Below, in pieces: positions 10,330 through 23,645 of a stretch of 64,000 nucleotides of DNA. The number at the start of each line of letters is the position of its first letter. Position 1 is the stretch's first letter. Origin of the DNA: Octopus sinensis (lineage: Eukaryota); contig NC_042999.1 in assembly GCF_006345805.1 (NCBI RefSeq), positions 71,796,001 through 71,860,000 of the forward strand, given 5' to 3'. A program made the position numbers and the translations under genes. Under the pieces are notes generated by a model. The model worked only from the letters and a program-made list of their open reading frames with translations, did no database searches and was not told where the DNA came from.

Positions 10330-10505
10330 GAGGGTGTACGTCGATTACATCAGCCTAAGTGCTCAAACGCTACTTAATTTAGGGACCCGGAAATTATGAA
10401 AGGTAAAGTCAGCCGCAGCGGAATTTGAACTCGAAACGTAAAGACGGACGAAATCACGCTAAGAATCTTGGCCGTCGTGCTAATGATTCTGCTAGTTCAC
10501 TGCCT
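10330..10505 (-). mobile_element. tRNA-derived SINE (family A)
   Basis: Minus-strand head ggcagtgaactagcagaatc...gagttcaaattcc. Related copies lie at about 14880, 17065, 39400, 40080, 40930 and 51440. Confidence 0.7.
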
Positions 10506-11009
10506 TATACGTCACAAGTATATTCTCACATAGAACGGGTATGTGTACTGTAGGCCATTAATATAATACCAGTACTGAAGTGATTTTTGACAAAGGTGGA
10601 AAGCCAAGAGATATTTTAAAAATATAATCTGAAGAATGTCTCGAACAACAGAAATATTTCTTGTAAATTTGATTATAACTATATGATTTTGTACGAAGGC
10701 GTGATACGTTTCTGACATCTTTAAAAATAGTGTAATTTCTTTTTTACATATGTAACAAATTCCATTGGTATGCCCTCAATCAGCGAATCACACGGTTCAA
10801 ATAGCGGATGATTTCTCGGAGAAATTATGCATTATAATTTCATAGGACTACAGTTTTATAGACTTAAGTCAAACTAACAAACCAATATTCAAGGGAGACA
10901 GTCCTCAAATCCCACTTAACCAGGTTCAAGGAATCATAATGTAATTTATCTATGCTTTTAATTAAAAAGCTTGTGTTCACTGCTATTCTTTCTGATGGCT
11001 CTCTCACAC

Positions 11010-11520
11010 ATGCTCTCAGCCATACAGTGAGCCACTCTCACCAGTTATGTCAATGATACTAAAGTATCTCAGGAGGCCAAAGACCCTGATAATATTCTAA
11101 GACTGCAAACATACCTGAATATAATATACAAATGGCCTGATGAAAACAACATGCAATTCAATTCTGAGAAGTTTCAATTACTCCACTCTCGGTCCACAAA
11201 CGGACTACAATCGGACTACACAGAGTCAGAGTTAGTGTGTGACCTGGGAATCCACATGAGCAACATTCTATGGGCCATATTACCAAGTTGGCACCACACT
11301 GCAAGCGAATAGCTGAATGGATTCTGATATCATTCAGAACCAGGTAAAAAGGATACCATGCTACTCCTATGGAGAACTATCATTCTCATTAGTCTGAATC
11401 ACTGCTCCCAATTGTGTTTACTGCAGAGTGTCAAGCTGGTGGCGGAGCAAGGAGCAATCCAGCGCCACTACACAAAGAAGCGGTGAAGCGGATGAGCTAC
11501 TAAAGCTCTACTGAAGCTCT
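11010..11520 (+). mobile_element. Highly decayed CR1/L2-like LINE RT C-terminal fragment
   Basis: NNMQFNSEKFQL, CDLGIHMS and WIL..FRT remnants are collinear with 61496-62308. Confidence 0.65.
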
Positions 11521-11631
11521 ACTCTCTAAAGAGTAGGTACGAAAGTTCTCAATTTTGGATCTGAAAGTTATACAAACCACCGAACGAGACAGCACTGCCT
11601 AGTACCAAAGATCCCGTCTTCTTCATATGGA

Positions 11632-11847
11632 CAGTGGTTCCCAACATGTGGTCCACGGAACCTTGGTGGTCTACAAAGGTAGTACTGGGTCCCTGAACTA
11701 AATCCAAAATTTCATATACACTCAAACACACATACACACACAAACATACACACATATATGGACAAGCATATTTAAAAGGGTCTGTGGGGTGGGGAAACTC
11801 ATTTAAACAAAAAAGGGTCTTGGTAGTGAAGAGGTTGGGAACCACTA
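11632..11847. mobile_element. hAT-like MITE
   Basis: 14-bp TIRs cagtggttcccaac / gttgggaaccacta (one mismatch). No matching 8-bp TSD was seen. Confidence 0.7.
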
Positions 11848-12179
11848 GCCTAGAATAAGGACCCAGTACTGTAAAAAGTTTTGTTTCAGGGTCCACAACT
11901 ATTCAGCATTGTATCAAACTTCCTCAGAGATTAGTGAGGTGTAGATGTAGAGGACGCCAGGAATTTGAAATACTAGATGAACCCGTAACGTGACGGGATG
12001 CATAAAGAAGAGCAGCTCCGCCCAGCTTGCTACTTTACTAGAAACAGTACAGAAAAGAAGATTCAATCACATTGAAAGACGGTACTCCAGCATAGTCACA
12101 GACTCTGACTGGAACCAATAAAAGACAATTCTTTAGTACAAGTGTTTATAAATACTCTAATTAGAGATTAATCCTCAAA

Positions 12180-13760
12180 TCACTAAATATATATTGTTGT
12201 AGTAGAAATAGTACTCCCTTTCCCACGTGGCAAAGTGGTATGAGTAGCACTATAAAGTCAGTGAGTCAGTTGTTGTAGGGAGTCAGCAGTAGTAGAGAAA
12301 AATTTGGTGAGTTGTATTATTTGCTTACGTTATATTGTTGTTTAATTGTTGTAGGGTTCCTTGAACACTTTTGTCAACTGCCTTGAAGCAGCTAGAATGA
12401 TGCTGTATGACGATCACGGCTATTTGAGGCTGTCTTCTTCGGAGGAGGAGCAGGTGAATGCAATTAAGAAGATAAACGAAAAAATAGACAAAACGAAGAG
12501 CTACTCAAGTGCCACAGAATCAGGACATAAAGAAGTCGAACTATTGAACTTACAGAATTACGGAAAACTGCTGCATAGAGTGGGTGGTGATGTAAAACTT
12601 TCACCACCCCAAGAAATTTTAGGAGGAATACAAGAGAAGACTATCATCTACAAGGTCTATTCCATACAGGAAAAGAAGGCAGAAGTAATGGCAATAGAAA
12701 AAATAGAAAAAAGCAGTGAGACTTATCTGGCAAGATATCACATATCTTGCCAGGGGAAACATATATGGCACGGTGGAGATTCGCCTCAGGGAGGCAACCA
12801 AGGCAAAGCAAATTTTGGCGACCTCGTTGAAAACAGAAAGTGTGGTGCTTCTATCCACGTACTGTAGAAGGAGGGCTACCAGGGTGAGGGTAGAAGGACT
12901 TCCACCTGAAATTGAAGTGGCCTGGGTAGTGATGGCTATTCTCCTTGGCAATGAGAACGAAATAGCAGTCTTCTAGGCCACTAAGACAGAAGTAATGAAG
13001 TTGTAGGGACAGATGTTGGAGTTAATATCCAAGCATCGACGGAGAACCTAGAAAAAATGCTAGAGACGAAAGCGGTCGGAGATGCGGTATTGAGAGTCAG
13101 GGTGGAGGACAGAATCCCGCGATGCTTCAAATGTGGCCTAAAGGGCCACATTAGAGCGGACTGACCTTCACCAACAGAGAACAACCAAGACAGAGCACAG
13201 GAAGTAACAGCAGAGAAGGCTGTACCAACAGAGGAGGCGAAAGAAGTTGACGTATCATAGAAAATTCTAGAGAATGGAAGAAAAAGAAAGAAAGCGAATC
13301 AAATAGAGGTAAAACCCAAACCCACCCCACCCACACCTTCTCAACCTCATCCCCGCTGCTGACACCAGAACCACCCATTCCCCTCCAACACAAAAGCAAA
13401 AAAAGAAAAACGTTGATACACAGGAACCCCCAAATTCACCTTCCCCCAGCCAAGGAAGAAAGTTGTGTTGCGTGTATGTTGATCGAAGGTGCAAGCAGTG
13501 TGTATGAAAGGCGCTGTGTTGGTTGATTTTAAGGGAGATGTGAACAGTAATTGGTGGCACTTGTGCGTGTTAATGACAGAACAAACAAAAGGAAAGACTG
13601 GAAAATATAATGGTGGATTTATGACGTGGAAGGTGAACATAAAAATAAGCAATTTGCCGGAGGCAATATTATACACGAATGTCATTAAAAAGTGCAAAAC
13701 AGACGTTCTAAAAGGAACAGTGTTCAAAGTAGAAGGAAGTAAGTGAAGTTGGAATGTGGA
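12180..13760 (+). mobile_element. Tx1/L1-like LINE 5' part: decayed ORF1 with a CCHC zinc knuckle
   Basis: RVEGLPPEIEVAWVVMAIL and RIPRCFKCGLKGHIRAD* (13123-13164). Paralogous to ORF1 at 31350-31830. Confidence 0.7.
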
Positions 13761-15762
13761 GTGTAACTTTGTTTTCATTTTTCGTTGTCATTGTCGTTAT
13801 GTTTTATCATACGCGTAATCTTTCTCTGTTGTTTTCTATCCCCACATGTCCTTGTATTGTCCTCTCTATGTTTGCCCCTTGAGAGAAATAAAAAATATCA
13901 GGTCAGTAGTAGTAGAGTCGTTGTACGAATTCTCAGCTGGAGTCAGTGTCAGTTACATGTTATATATGAGTTCGAGTTACCGTCAAGGTAAACGTTTTAA
14001 AGTCCTTGTCTTGCGGAGCTATCAGCAACTGCACGATAGACCAGTCAAAGATAATAGGACGTGGAATGCCACAACATAATAGTGACGACAAGAATATTAC
14101 AGTACCGACAACAATATGCAAGTGGACGAGGATCCACATTATAACAGACATGCAAGAAAAACACATTGTTAAGGAAATCTTATTTTATAGATATGCTACT
14201 TCATAAAGAGCAGGTGATTTGTTGAAAATAGCAACTAAATAGACAAAAGCATGTTGGTGGGTCTATGAAAGCTACAACGTTTTAAAGTTTTATTTTCGTT
14301 ACAAATCCGTATTAATTGGATAAAGATTCTTATAATTTAAAATGTTTTCCTCTGAAATGAGTAGTTGAGTAGGTATATATTTTATTAGCATCCGGGTCAA
14401 AAACACATGATAGCAATGTCGTTAAATTTTCGGCTCAAGTTTCTTTTGTGTGTTGACGCCGAAGGAAAAGCTGTTTTGCGACAGAATACAACCTGAAAAA
14501 ACGTTGAATTATCTGCCTGTTCCAGTATCTAGAAGGGAATTTTTGAAATTACTACCGACACAGCGGCAAAAGGAGAAGAGACGAGAGGAACGGTAGGGGA
14601 GAATATACAACCTTCGAATTCTGTACCGGTGAAGAAATTGTATGAGCTGGTGGTTTGGCATTTTGTCTAGGAATAATTCCGTAATGGCCAACTTAAGATA
14701 TAAGATGTTTCAGTATACGTGTAGCAGTATCAAAATACCTGACATGTAAACAGAAATTTAATGTGTGTCGCTCTTCAGTTTTACTGGCAGCCACAAAATA
14801 AATAGAGCAGCTGAAAACCTTCAAAAATATGAAGCCGTGTGTTTGGAATACAAATTTGACAATGTCATACAATTAAAGTGCGGCGGACTGGCCGACTCGC
14901 CGAAGAAAATGCGTAGCAGCATTTCTTCCAACAATATATATTCTGAGTTCAAAGCCGTCGAAGTCGACTTTGCTTTTCATTCTTTGTGGGTCGATAAATC
15001 AAGCACCAGCTGAAATCTGTTGTTGATATAATCAGCTTACACCACTCCCATGAAATTGCTGGCTTTGTGCCAAAATTTGAAACCAATATTACGCATGTAA
15101 GGTTGCAATGAAAGACTTTCTTAATTTTATATATTATATCTGCTGGTCTTTGGATTTCGTGTTGTGTCTTGTTTGTGTGTACAGTTATGTTCAAGTTATG
15201 TATAACACTCCTATATTTGTACTTTTGAAAAACAAAATTATAATGTTCTTATTGGAACAAGATTTTCCAAACATTCAAATACACAGTGTTTTGGCTGGAT
15301 GTACATGACATCTTGTTTTAGAACATGTTAATTAATATTTGTGAGGTAGTCACATTCACCTCAACTTTAAAAAGATGTGTTTTCTAAAGTTTAAATTGAA
15401 ATAGATTCTTCTATAACATGGTCATTTAGTAACTATTTCTATTGTCTAGCACATATAAGTTGACTTATTATCTTTATCCGACACTGTTTCTGTGATATCT
15501 TTTGTTCATACTATTATCGTATGGCAAACAATTAACAAATCAAATACATCTTTAATTTGATGCACTGAAAAATAGTTTTCACATGAACTTGATATCAATA
15601 ACTTTATCTCTGTATGCGGTATATAATGTAATATTCTGTGCCTAATTAAATATTTATTCCTTCCAATTACAAGCTTATAATTGGCGTAGTGATAGAAATA
15701 TGTTAATTAATCCTTGTCATATGTAAGTCATTGTTTATTTGTTTTTTTTTCTATTTTTACAG

Positions 15763-15879
15763 AATCTTATGTTTGCCCAGTACATCGTACAAAATGCAAG
15801 AACTATCTATGTGTACCAAGCACAGCCATGTGCAACTTCATTGATGACTGCGGAGATAACTCGGACGAGGAAAACTGCA
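15763..15879 (+). CDS. Internal exon encoding an LDLa module
   Basis: Acceptor ttttttctatttttacAG, donor GTAAGT, 117 nt, phase 1-1. Translation [39 protein letters not shown]. Confidence 0.95.
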
Positions 15880-16601
15880 GTAAGTATGAACCAGGTTATT
15901 TAGCCACTGAATTCGTTATTTTTTTTTCGAGCACAGTAGAACACAACCGACAATTCGGTTTCCATTTTATACGTGTACCTATTTCACACTGATAGCCATC
16001 TGAACACTTAAGATAAGCTTGAATTAAAGTTACTTGATAGCGGGCATATTAATTTTAAAGTGTCTAAACTATTGAATGCATGTTTTATTTTAAATATTAC
16101 ACAAAGGAATGTTGCTGAGATATTAATTACCACGCTTGTCTAATTTGCCTCCAATTTTATTTCTTTCTGATACATTTCCTTACATACACGAATCAGTAAT
16201 AAAGACGCTAATACTTAAGATATGGTACGATTTATGGATTTAGTAATAAATTAGGCAATTAAAGTGGAAGATGAAATGATTATATTTCTCCCTGACTGGT
16301 TCTGGAGTGCATTTAATGAACTATACGTTTCTATAAATAATATACGTAGGTAACCAATGATAATTACTAATTACCCAAGCAGAAATGTTATGGAAAGTAC
16401 AGAGGCACCGAGATACTTTACGATATTCGAATATTGGTACTGCACAAAGAAATACTTTGACTTTCACTATGGAAAACATGAAATGAAAAATAGCAATTTA
16501 TGAAGTCAAAGGTTATTCTCCTTCACTTTAAACAAGTAGCTATATGAAATAAATAAATAAATGTCTATATATGATACGAATCTACTTCTTTCTTCTTTCA
16601 G

Positions 16602-16718
16602 AGTATCGGTCTTGTTATCTTGCCGAATTTCGCTGCAATAATTCCGAGTGTATTCCTGAATCCCTCTTATGTGATGGCATACAAGACTGTGTCGATGGCA
16701 GTGATGAAACAGAATGTG
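16602..16718 (+). CDS. Internal exon encoding an LDLa module
   Basis: Acceptor cttctttcttctttcAG, donor GTAAGA, 117 nt, phase 1-1. Translation [38 protein letters not shown]. Confidence 0.95.
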
Positions 16719-17064
16719 GTAAGAGATGTACAGAATTTGTCATGGACATATGAACATGCATGAGTGTGTGCTTAAAAGATTTCGTTTCGCAACTATAGGA
16801 CCCTTGCTTGATTCCTTTGCCCAGCTCTATAGAAGATTGAAAATTTCTTCAACAAAAATTGACCAACACTTTGTAAGCTTAGTTTGGGTGACAGACACTG
16901 AACAGAAGATCAGTTTTATAATATATATATATATATATATATAATGTGTGTGCGTCTGTATCAGTTTATTGGGATCACGTAGAGTGGGGAATAGCTTTTT
17001 AGCGCCGAGCATACAACTGGTTAATGTAAAGCATTCAAAGGAATATTAATCAATTAATGAATAT

Positions 17065-17270
17065 TAGTTTCACATTTTGGTACAAGGTCAGCAGGTTCGA
17101 TTGCATCGACGCTAGTGCTTGACTGATACTTATTTTATCGACCCTCAAAAGAATGAAAGGCTAAGTTAACCTCGGCGGAATTTGAAATCAGTATATGAAG
17201 ACGGAAGAAAAACTGCTAAGCATTTCGCCCGGCATGCTAACAATTATGCAAGCTCGCCCCCTTCGTCGAT
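17065..17270 (-). mobile_element. tRNA-derived SINE (family A)
   Basis: Shares ttttatcgaccc...gaatgaaagg...cggcggaatttgaa...gctaagcattt with the other copies. Confidence 0.7.
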
Positions 17271-17511
17271 TTATAAATATGGATACATAAAATTTATTTT
17301 ATCTAACTACAGCATTTTCGAAAACTTTTCACAAGATGAGCGATACGGAAATCCAATTTCAGTAGTATGCAGTAATTGAACATATAAAATAACAAAAGAC
17401 AACAAGCACATTTCAGTGCAACCTATATTACTGCAATAAGATATCCCTCAATCATATGTATATTATTACACCATAGTATAAACACATATCCCTCCACATC
17501 AGAAACACGAC

Positions 17512-17928
17512 AGCCAGGTGTGCGTTGGCTGTGTGGTAAATAGCTTGTTTACCAACCACATGGTTCCGGGTTCAGTCCCACTGCGTGGCACCTTAGGCAA
17601 GTGTCTTCTACTATAGCCTCGGGCCGACCAAAGCCTTGTGAGTGGATTTGGTAGACGGAAACTGAAAGAAGCCCGTCGTATATATGTATATATATGTGTG
17701 TGTGTGTGTTTGTGTGTCTGTTTTTGTCCGCCTAGCATTGCTTGACAACCGATGGTGGTGTGTTTATGTCCCCGTAACTTAGCGGTTCGGCAAAAGGAGA
17801 CCGATAGAATAAGTACTGGGCTTACAAAAGAATAAGTCCCGGGGTCGAGTTGCTCGATTAAAGGCGGTGCTCCAGCATGGCCGTAGTCAAATGCCGACTG
17901 AAACAAATAAAAGAGTAAAGAGTAAAGA

Positions 17929-17929
<1 letters not shown>
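17512..17929 (+). mobile_element. Full-length tRNA-derived SINE (family B) with a LINE-like 3' tail
   Basis: A-box tggctgtgtggt, B-box ggttcagtccc, an internal (TG)n, tail ggcggtgctccagcatggcc...gaaac and a terminal (taaagag)n. Confidence 0.85.
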
Positions 17930-17966
<37 letters not shown>

Positions 17967-17997
17967 CATATATACATATATATATACATACATACAT

Positions 17998-18075
<78 letters not shown>

Positions 18076-18549
18076 ATATATACATATATGCATGCATGTA
18101 TTTGAATTTTTCTTGTTGTATATAACATTTAAACACAAGACATTTTTATTCTGATGTTTAATCTTATGTCTCACATTCTTTATTTGACATATACTTGATC
18201 TTATATCATTGATATATATATATTTACTAATTCATATTTATAATGTATAATTTATAAATTTTAATTCTTTATATTACAAAGTATAATTTTTATTCTTGCC
18301 TTTGAATTTGTAATTTTTAATCTTTAATGCATATTTGTATTACTTATTTTTAAAGGGATGTAAAATTAGATATAATATATTTTGAAATAGAACCTGAAGA
18401 TGTATTGGAATAATTGTAAATCTGACGATTGCATATATGTATTTATATATGTATATATATATATATATAGGTATACAGTTGTGCATATGTATATATACAC
18501 ACGCACACATATACACACACACACACACACACCACACACACACACACAC

Positions 18550-18726
18550 ATATTCATTAAATATGAAGGAAGTACACGTGTTTCAGTATTTGAAGATTAC
18601 AATATATATATATATATATATCATCATCATCAGCGGACTTTAAACGATGATGATGATGATGTATATATATATATTGTAATCTTCAAATACTGAAACACGT
18701 GTACTTCCTTCATATTTAATGAATAT
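18550..18726. repeat. Long inverted repeat (hairpin)
   Basis: 54-bp arms 18550-18603 and 18673-18726 are exact reverse complements, extended inward by (AT)n and (CAT)n/(ATG)n around a ~16-nt spacer. Confidence 0.9.
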
Positions 18727-19382
18727 AAGTATTAACTACAGTATGATATAGTTAATGAAGTATATTATATACCCAGCTGGTAATTTTAGTTATATCCGTT
18801 GTGCAAACTGGTACCATGAGTCTATTGTCAGATATACTCATTAGGTTATTTTGGTATTATCTGAAATAGAATACCTGCATATCGATTAATTCCCCGAAAA
18901 TTGAATATTTTATCGGAAATACTTTGTATATTTATAGATAAATATATAAATATACGATAAATTAGACCCCAAAGTACGATATGTAAATGCATATAACGCT
19001 GAAGGGTTGCACCTGATTGATTTGGAAGTTTGTTTTCCCAAATCTTATATATATATGACAATAATTAAAGGTTTAGCAACAAGTTGCTTCACCACATACC
19101 GAAAAATTAGAAATAGCAGCCAAAAGACCGCTATTTCGTTTTCCTACAAAATATGTCTCCACAGATAACATTATTTATAACTCACATAGGTAATAAGAAG
19201 AAAAATAATGAAATCAAACAGTCTTCGATTAATTATGGATCCGTTTCTGGCTTAGAATTATAAAAATTCATTTGTTAACATAATATTTCGAGAATTATAA
19301 ATTTGAAAATGCATTTCTGATCAAGCACCATCAGAACATGACACAAGGTAGTCAGCATATCCACTCGTCTATATAAGTCTGG

Positions 19383-19467
<85 letters not shown>

Positions 19468-19474
19468 CATCATC

Positions 19475-22100
19475 ATCATCATCATCATTTAACGTCCGCT
19501 TTCCATGCTAGCATGGGTTGGACGGTTCAACTGGGGTCTGGGGAGCCCGAAAGCTGCACCAGTCCAGTCAGATCTGGCAGTGTTTCTACAGCTGGATGCC
19601 CTTCCTAACGCCAACCACTCCGAGAGTGTAGTGGGTGATTTTATGTGCCACCGACACAGGTGCCAGACGAGGCTGGCAAACGGCCACGCTCGGATGGTGT
19701 TTTTATGTGCCACCGACACAGGTGCCAGACGAGGCTGGCAGACGGCCACGCTCGGATGGTGTTTTTATGTGCCACCGACACAGGTGCCAGACGAGGCTGG
19801 CAGACGGCCACGCTCGGATGGTGTTTTTATGTGCCACCGACACAGGTGCCAGACGAGGCTGGCAGACGGCCACGCTCGGATGGTGTTTTTATGTGCCACC
19901 GACACAGGTGCCAGATGAGGCTGGCAAACGGCCACGATCGGATGGTGCTTGTTACGTGCCCACAGCACGGAGGCCAGTCGATGCGGTACTGGCTACGGCC
20001 ACGTTCGGATGGTTTTCTTATGTGCCACGTGCCACCGGCACTGGTACCACAAAGATACAAATCCCATTGATGTTCATCTATTTTGATTTGTTTTGATTTG
20101 ATTTTGATTTTGATTTTCACTTGCCTCAACAGGTCTTCACAAGTGTCACAAGAAGGAAGGTATGCACAGGTGGACTGACTACGTCCCAGGTAGAGGCCAT
20201 GGGTTATGGCCTGACTAGTCTTGCCGGGTCTTCGGATGGTGTTTTTATGTGCCACCGACACAGGTGCTAGATGAGGCTGGCGAACGGCCACGATCGGATG
20301 GTGTTTGTCATGTGCCCACCGCACTGACTACGGCACTGATGGATTCTTGTGTGCCACAGGCACTGGTACCACAAGATACAAATTCCATTGATGTTCATCT
20401 ATTTTGTCTATTTTGATTTGATTTGATTTGATTTTCACTTGCCTCAACCGGTCTTCACAAGTGTCACAAGAAGGAAGGTATGCACAGGTGGACTGACTAG
20501 TCTTGCCGGGTCTTCGGAAGGTGTTTTTATGTGCCACCGACACAGGTGCCAGATGAGGCTGGCGAACGGCCATGATCGGATGGTGTTTGTTACGTGCCCA
20601 CAGCACGGAGGCCGGTCGATGCGGAACTGGCTACGGCCACGTTCGGATGGTTCTCATGTGTGCCACCGGCACTGGTACCACAAAGTGTGTGCCACCGGCA
20701 CTGGTACCACAAAGATACAGATTCCATTGATGTTCATCTATTTTGATTTGTTTTGATTTGATTTGATTTTCACTTGCCTCAACAGGTCTTCACAAGTGTC
20801 ACAAGAAGGAAGGTATGCACAGGTGGACTGACTACGTCCCAGGTAGGGGCCATGGGTTATGGCCTGACTAGTCTTGCCGGGTCTTCGGATGGTGTTTTTA
20901 TGTGCCACCGACACAGGTGCTAGATGAGGCTGGCGAACGGCCACGATCGGATGGTGTTTGTCATGTGCCCACAGAACGGAGGCCAGTCGATGCGGTACTG
21001 GCTACGGCCACTTTCGGATGGTTTTCTCTTGTGTGCCACCGGCACTGGTACCACAAAGATACAGATTCCATTGATGTTCATCTATTTTGATTTGTTTTGA
21101 TTTGATTTTGATTTTGATTTTCACTTGCCTCAACAGGCCTTTGATTTTGATTTTCACTTGCCTCAACAGGCCTTCACAAGTATCACAAGGAGGAAGGTAT
21201 GCACAGGTGGACTGACTACGTCCCAGGTAGGGGCCATGGTTTATGGCCTGACTAGTCTTGCCGGGTCTTCGGAAGGTGTTTTTATGTGCCACCGACACAG
21301 GTGCTAGATGAGGCTGGCGAACGGCCACGACCGGATGGTGTTTGTTATGTGCCCACAGCACGATGGCCAGTGATGCGGTACTGACTACGGCCACGTTCGG
21401 ATGGATTCTTGTGTGCCACCGGCACTGGTACCACAAGCGGTACTGACTACGGCCAAGCGGTACTGACTACGGCCACGTTCGGATGGATTCTTGTGTGCCA
21501 CTGGCACTGGTACCACAAGGATACAAATTCCATTGATGTTCATCTATTTTGATTTGTTTTGATTTGATTTGATTTGATTTTCACTTGCCTCAGCAGGTCT
21601 TCACAAGTCGGAAGGTATGTACAGGTGGACTGACTACGTCCCAGGTAGGGCCCACGGGTTATGACCTGACTAGTCTTGCCGGGTCTTCGGATGGTGTTTT
21701 TATGTGCCACCATGTTCCCACAGCACGGAGGCCAGTCGATGCGGTACTGGCTACGGCCACGTTCGGATGGTTTTCTTGTGTGCCACAGGCACTGGTACCA
21801 CAAAGATACAAATTCCATTGATGTTCATCTATTTTGATTGATTTTCACTTGCCTCAGCAGGTCTTCACAAGTGTCACAAGAAGGAAGGTATGCACAGGTG
21901 GATCGACTACGTCCCAGGTAGGGGCCACGGGATATGGCCTGACTAGTCCTGCCGGGTCCTCTCATGCACAGCACACTTCCATAGGACTCGGTCTTCAGTC
22001 ATTTCCTTGGTGAGACCTAAAGTTCGAAGGTCGTGCTTCACCACCTCGTCCCAGGTTTTCCTGGGTCTACCTCTTCCACAGGTTCCCTCAACTGCTAGGG
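19475..22100 (-). mobile_element. 5'-truncated RTE LINE with a 3' UTR expanded by nested tandem repeats
   Basis: The minus strand near 22100-21960 encodes AVEGTCGRGRPRKTWDEVVKHDLRTLGLT (RTE C-terminus), and the element ends in a (GAT)n tail at about 19480. Five 62-bp units (19644, 19706, 19768, 19830, 19892) are followed by larger repeats containing (TTGAT)n. Confidence 0.85.
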
Positions 22101-22101
22101 T

Positions 22102-22257
<156 letters not shown>

Positions 22258-22384
22258 TTATATATAATATATATATATTGTATGTATATATATGTATGTA
22301 TATATATATGTATGTATATATATATATGTATGTATATATATATATATATATAATTATATATATATATATATATATGTGTATATA

Positions 22385-22456
<72 letters not shown>

Positions 22457-22815
22457 TACACTAGCAGTATAGCCCGGCTTTGCTCGGGATTAAGTTAGGA
22501 TCATTAAGCTAATCAAGCTTTTTATTTCAAAGCAAACTAAGTAACATCGACGTCAAATTTAAAGGAAATCCATTGAAATTGGTAAACTTTTGGCTACAAT
22601 TTTGCAGACAATTTGATTGGGAAATCTCAAGGGGAATCGGTTTCTCGATTTTTTCCACTCATCGATTGTTTTTTTCTTTTTTTTTTCATGTAACCCCACT
22701 TCGCCCATGGGTTGAGAAACCTTCCAGCAAAGAAAATAGAACGCCCAAAAGGGGCCCCCGATCCATTATGTGAGAAGCGGTTATGTTCAGATCACAACTA
22801 AGTATATATATATAT

Positions 22816-22847
<32 letters not shown>

Positions 22848-22959
22848 GTATATATATATATGGGAAAAAACACACACATATATACGTACATACACCTATT
22901 GCATACATGTCTTTGCACTCCTTTGCGCCTACCACTGTCCCACCACCACCTCCTACCCG

Positions 22960-23290
22960 AGTAATACCATCGATTGAAGCAAATTTGGCACCCGGAAGTA
23001 AGTTTTGTAACAGGAACAGAGAAGCTTACCTTCTCCCGCAGAGATGTGAAAGTCATATCTTTCCTTTCGAAAACATGAACAGTTTCAAAACATTGTCTAC
23101 AAAATAATTGCTGATCGTTTGCGAAGGAGCGTGTCTACAGTCAACACGTAGGTCTTTTGCTCTGGTAACATCTGCTCTCTCCCATGTTCACGCACGACCA
23201 GCTATATATTGTTATCAGTAGAGCAACGGATTCAGCTAATTTGGAAATTAGTCGTGGAGAAACGGAGAATATCGATAATGTTGCCCGTAT
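22960..23290 (+). pseudogene. Decayed Pif1/Helitron helicase C-terminal fragment
   Basis: IEANLAPGSKF..AYLLP..FPFE, HVGLLL and PMFTHDQLYIVISRA resemble the FSHGQLYVALSR motif VI region. Confidence 0.65.
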
Positions 23291-23410
23291 ATATATACGG
23301 GTAACACACACACACACACACACACATATTGCATGCATGTGTATTTTACGCATACATGCTCGTGTGTGTGTATGTGTGACTCAAGCCATTCACACAAACA
23401 CACATACATA

Positions 23411-23645
23411 GAGGCGCAATGGCCTAGTGGTTAGGGCAGCGGACTCGCGGTCGCAGGATCGCGGTTTCGATTCTCAGACTGGGCGTTGTGTGTGTTTATT
23501 GAGCGAAAACACCTAAAAGCTCTACGAGGCTCCGGCAGGGGGTGGTGATTCCTGCTGTACTCTTTCACCACAATGGCGGTGCCCCAGCATAGCCACAGCT
23601 CAAGAGCTGAAACTGGAAAAACAAAAAACAAAAACAAACAAAAAA
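23411..23645 (+). mobile_element. tRNA-derived SINE (family C)
   Basis: A-box tggcctagtgg, B-box ggtttcgattc, tail ggcggtgccccagcatagcc-agctcaagagct-gaaac and an A-rich end. Confidence 0.85.

Noticed and set aside
19660-21330. Hammerhead-like words (cagatgaggctggcgaac) in the RTE repeats
   Set aside because: The core lacks U4 and GAAA, and the segment folds as a simple gccag/ctggc hairpin.
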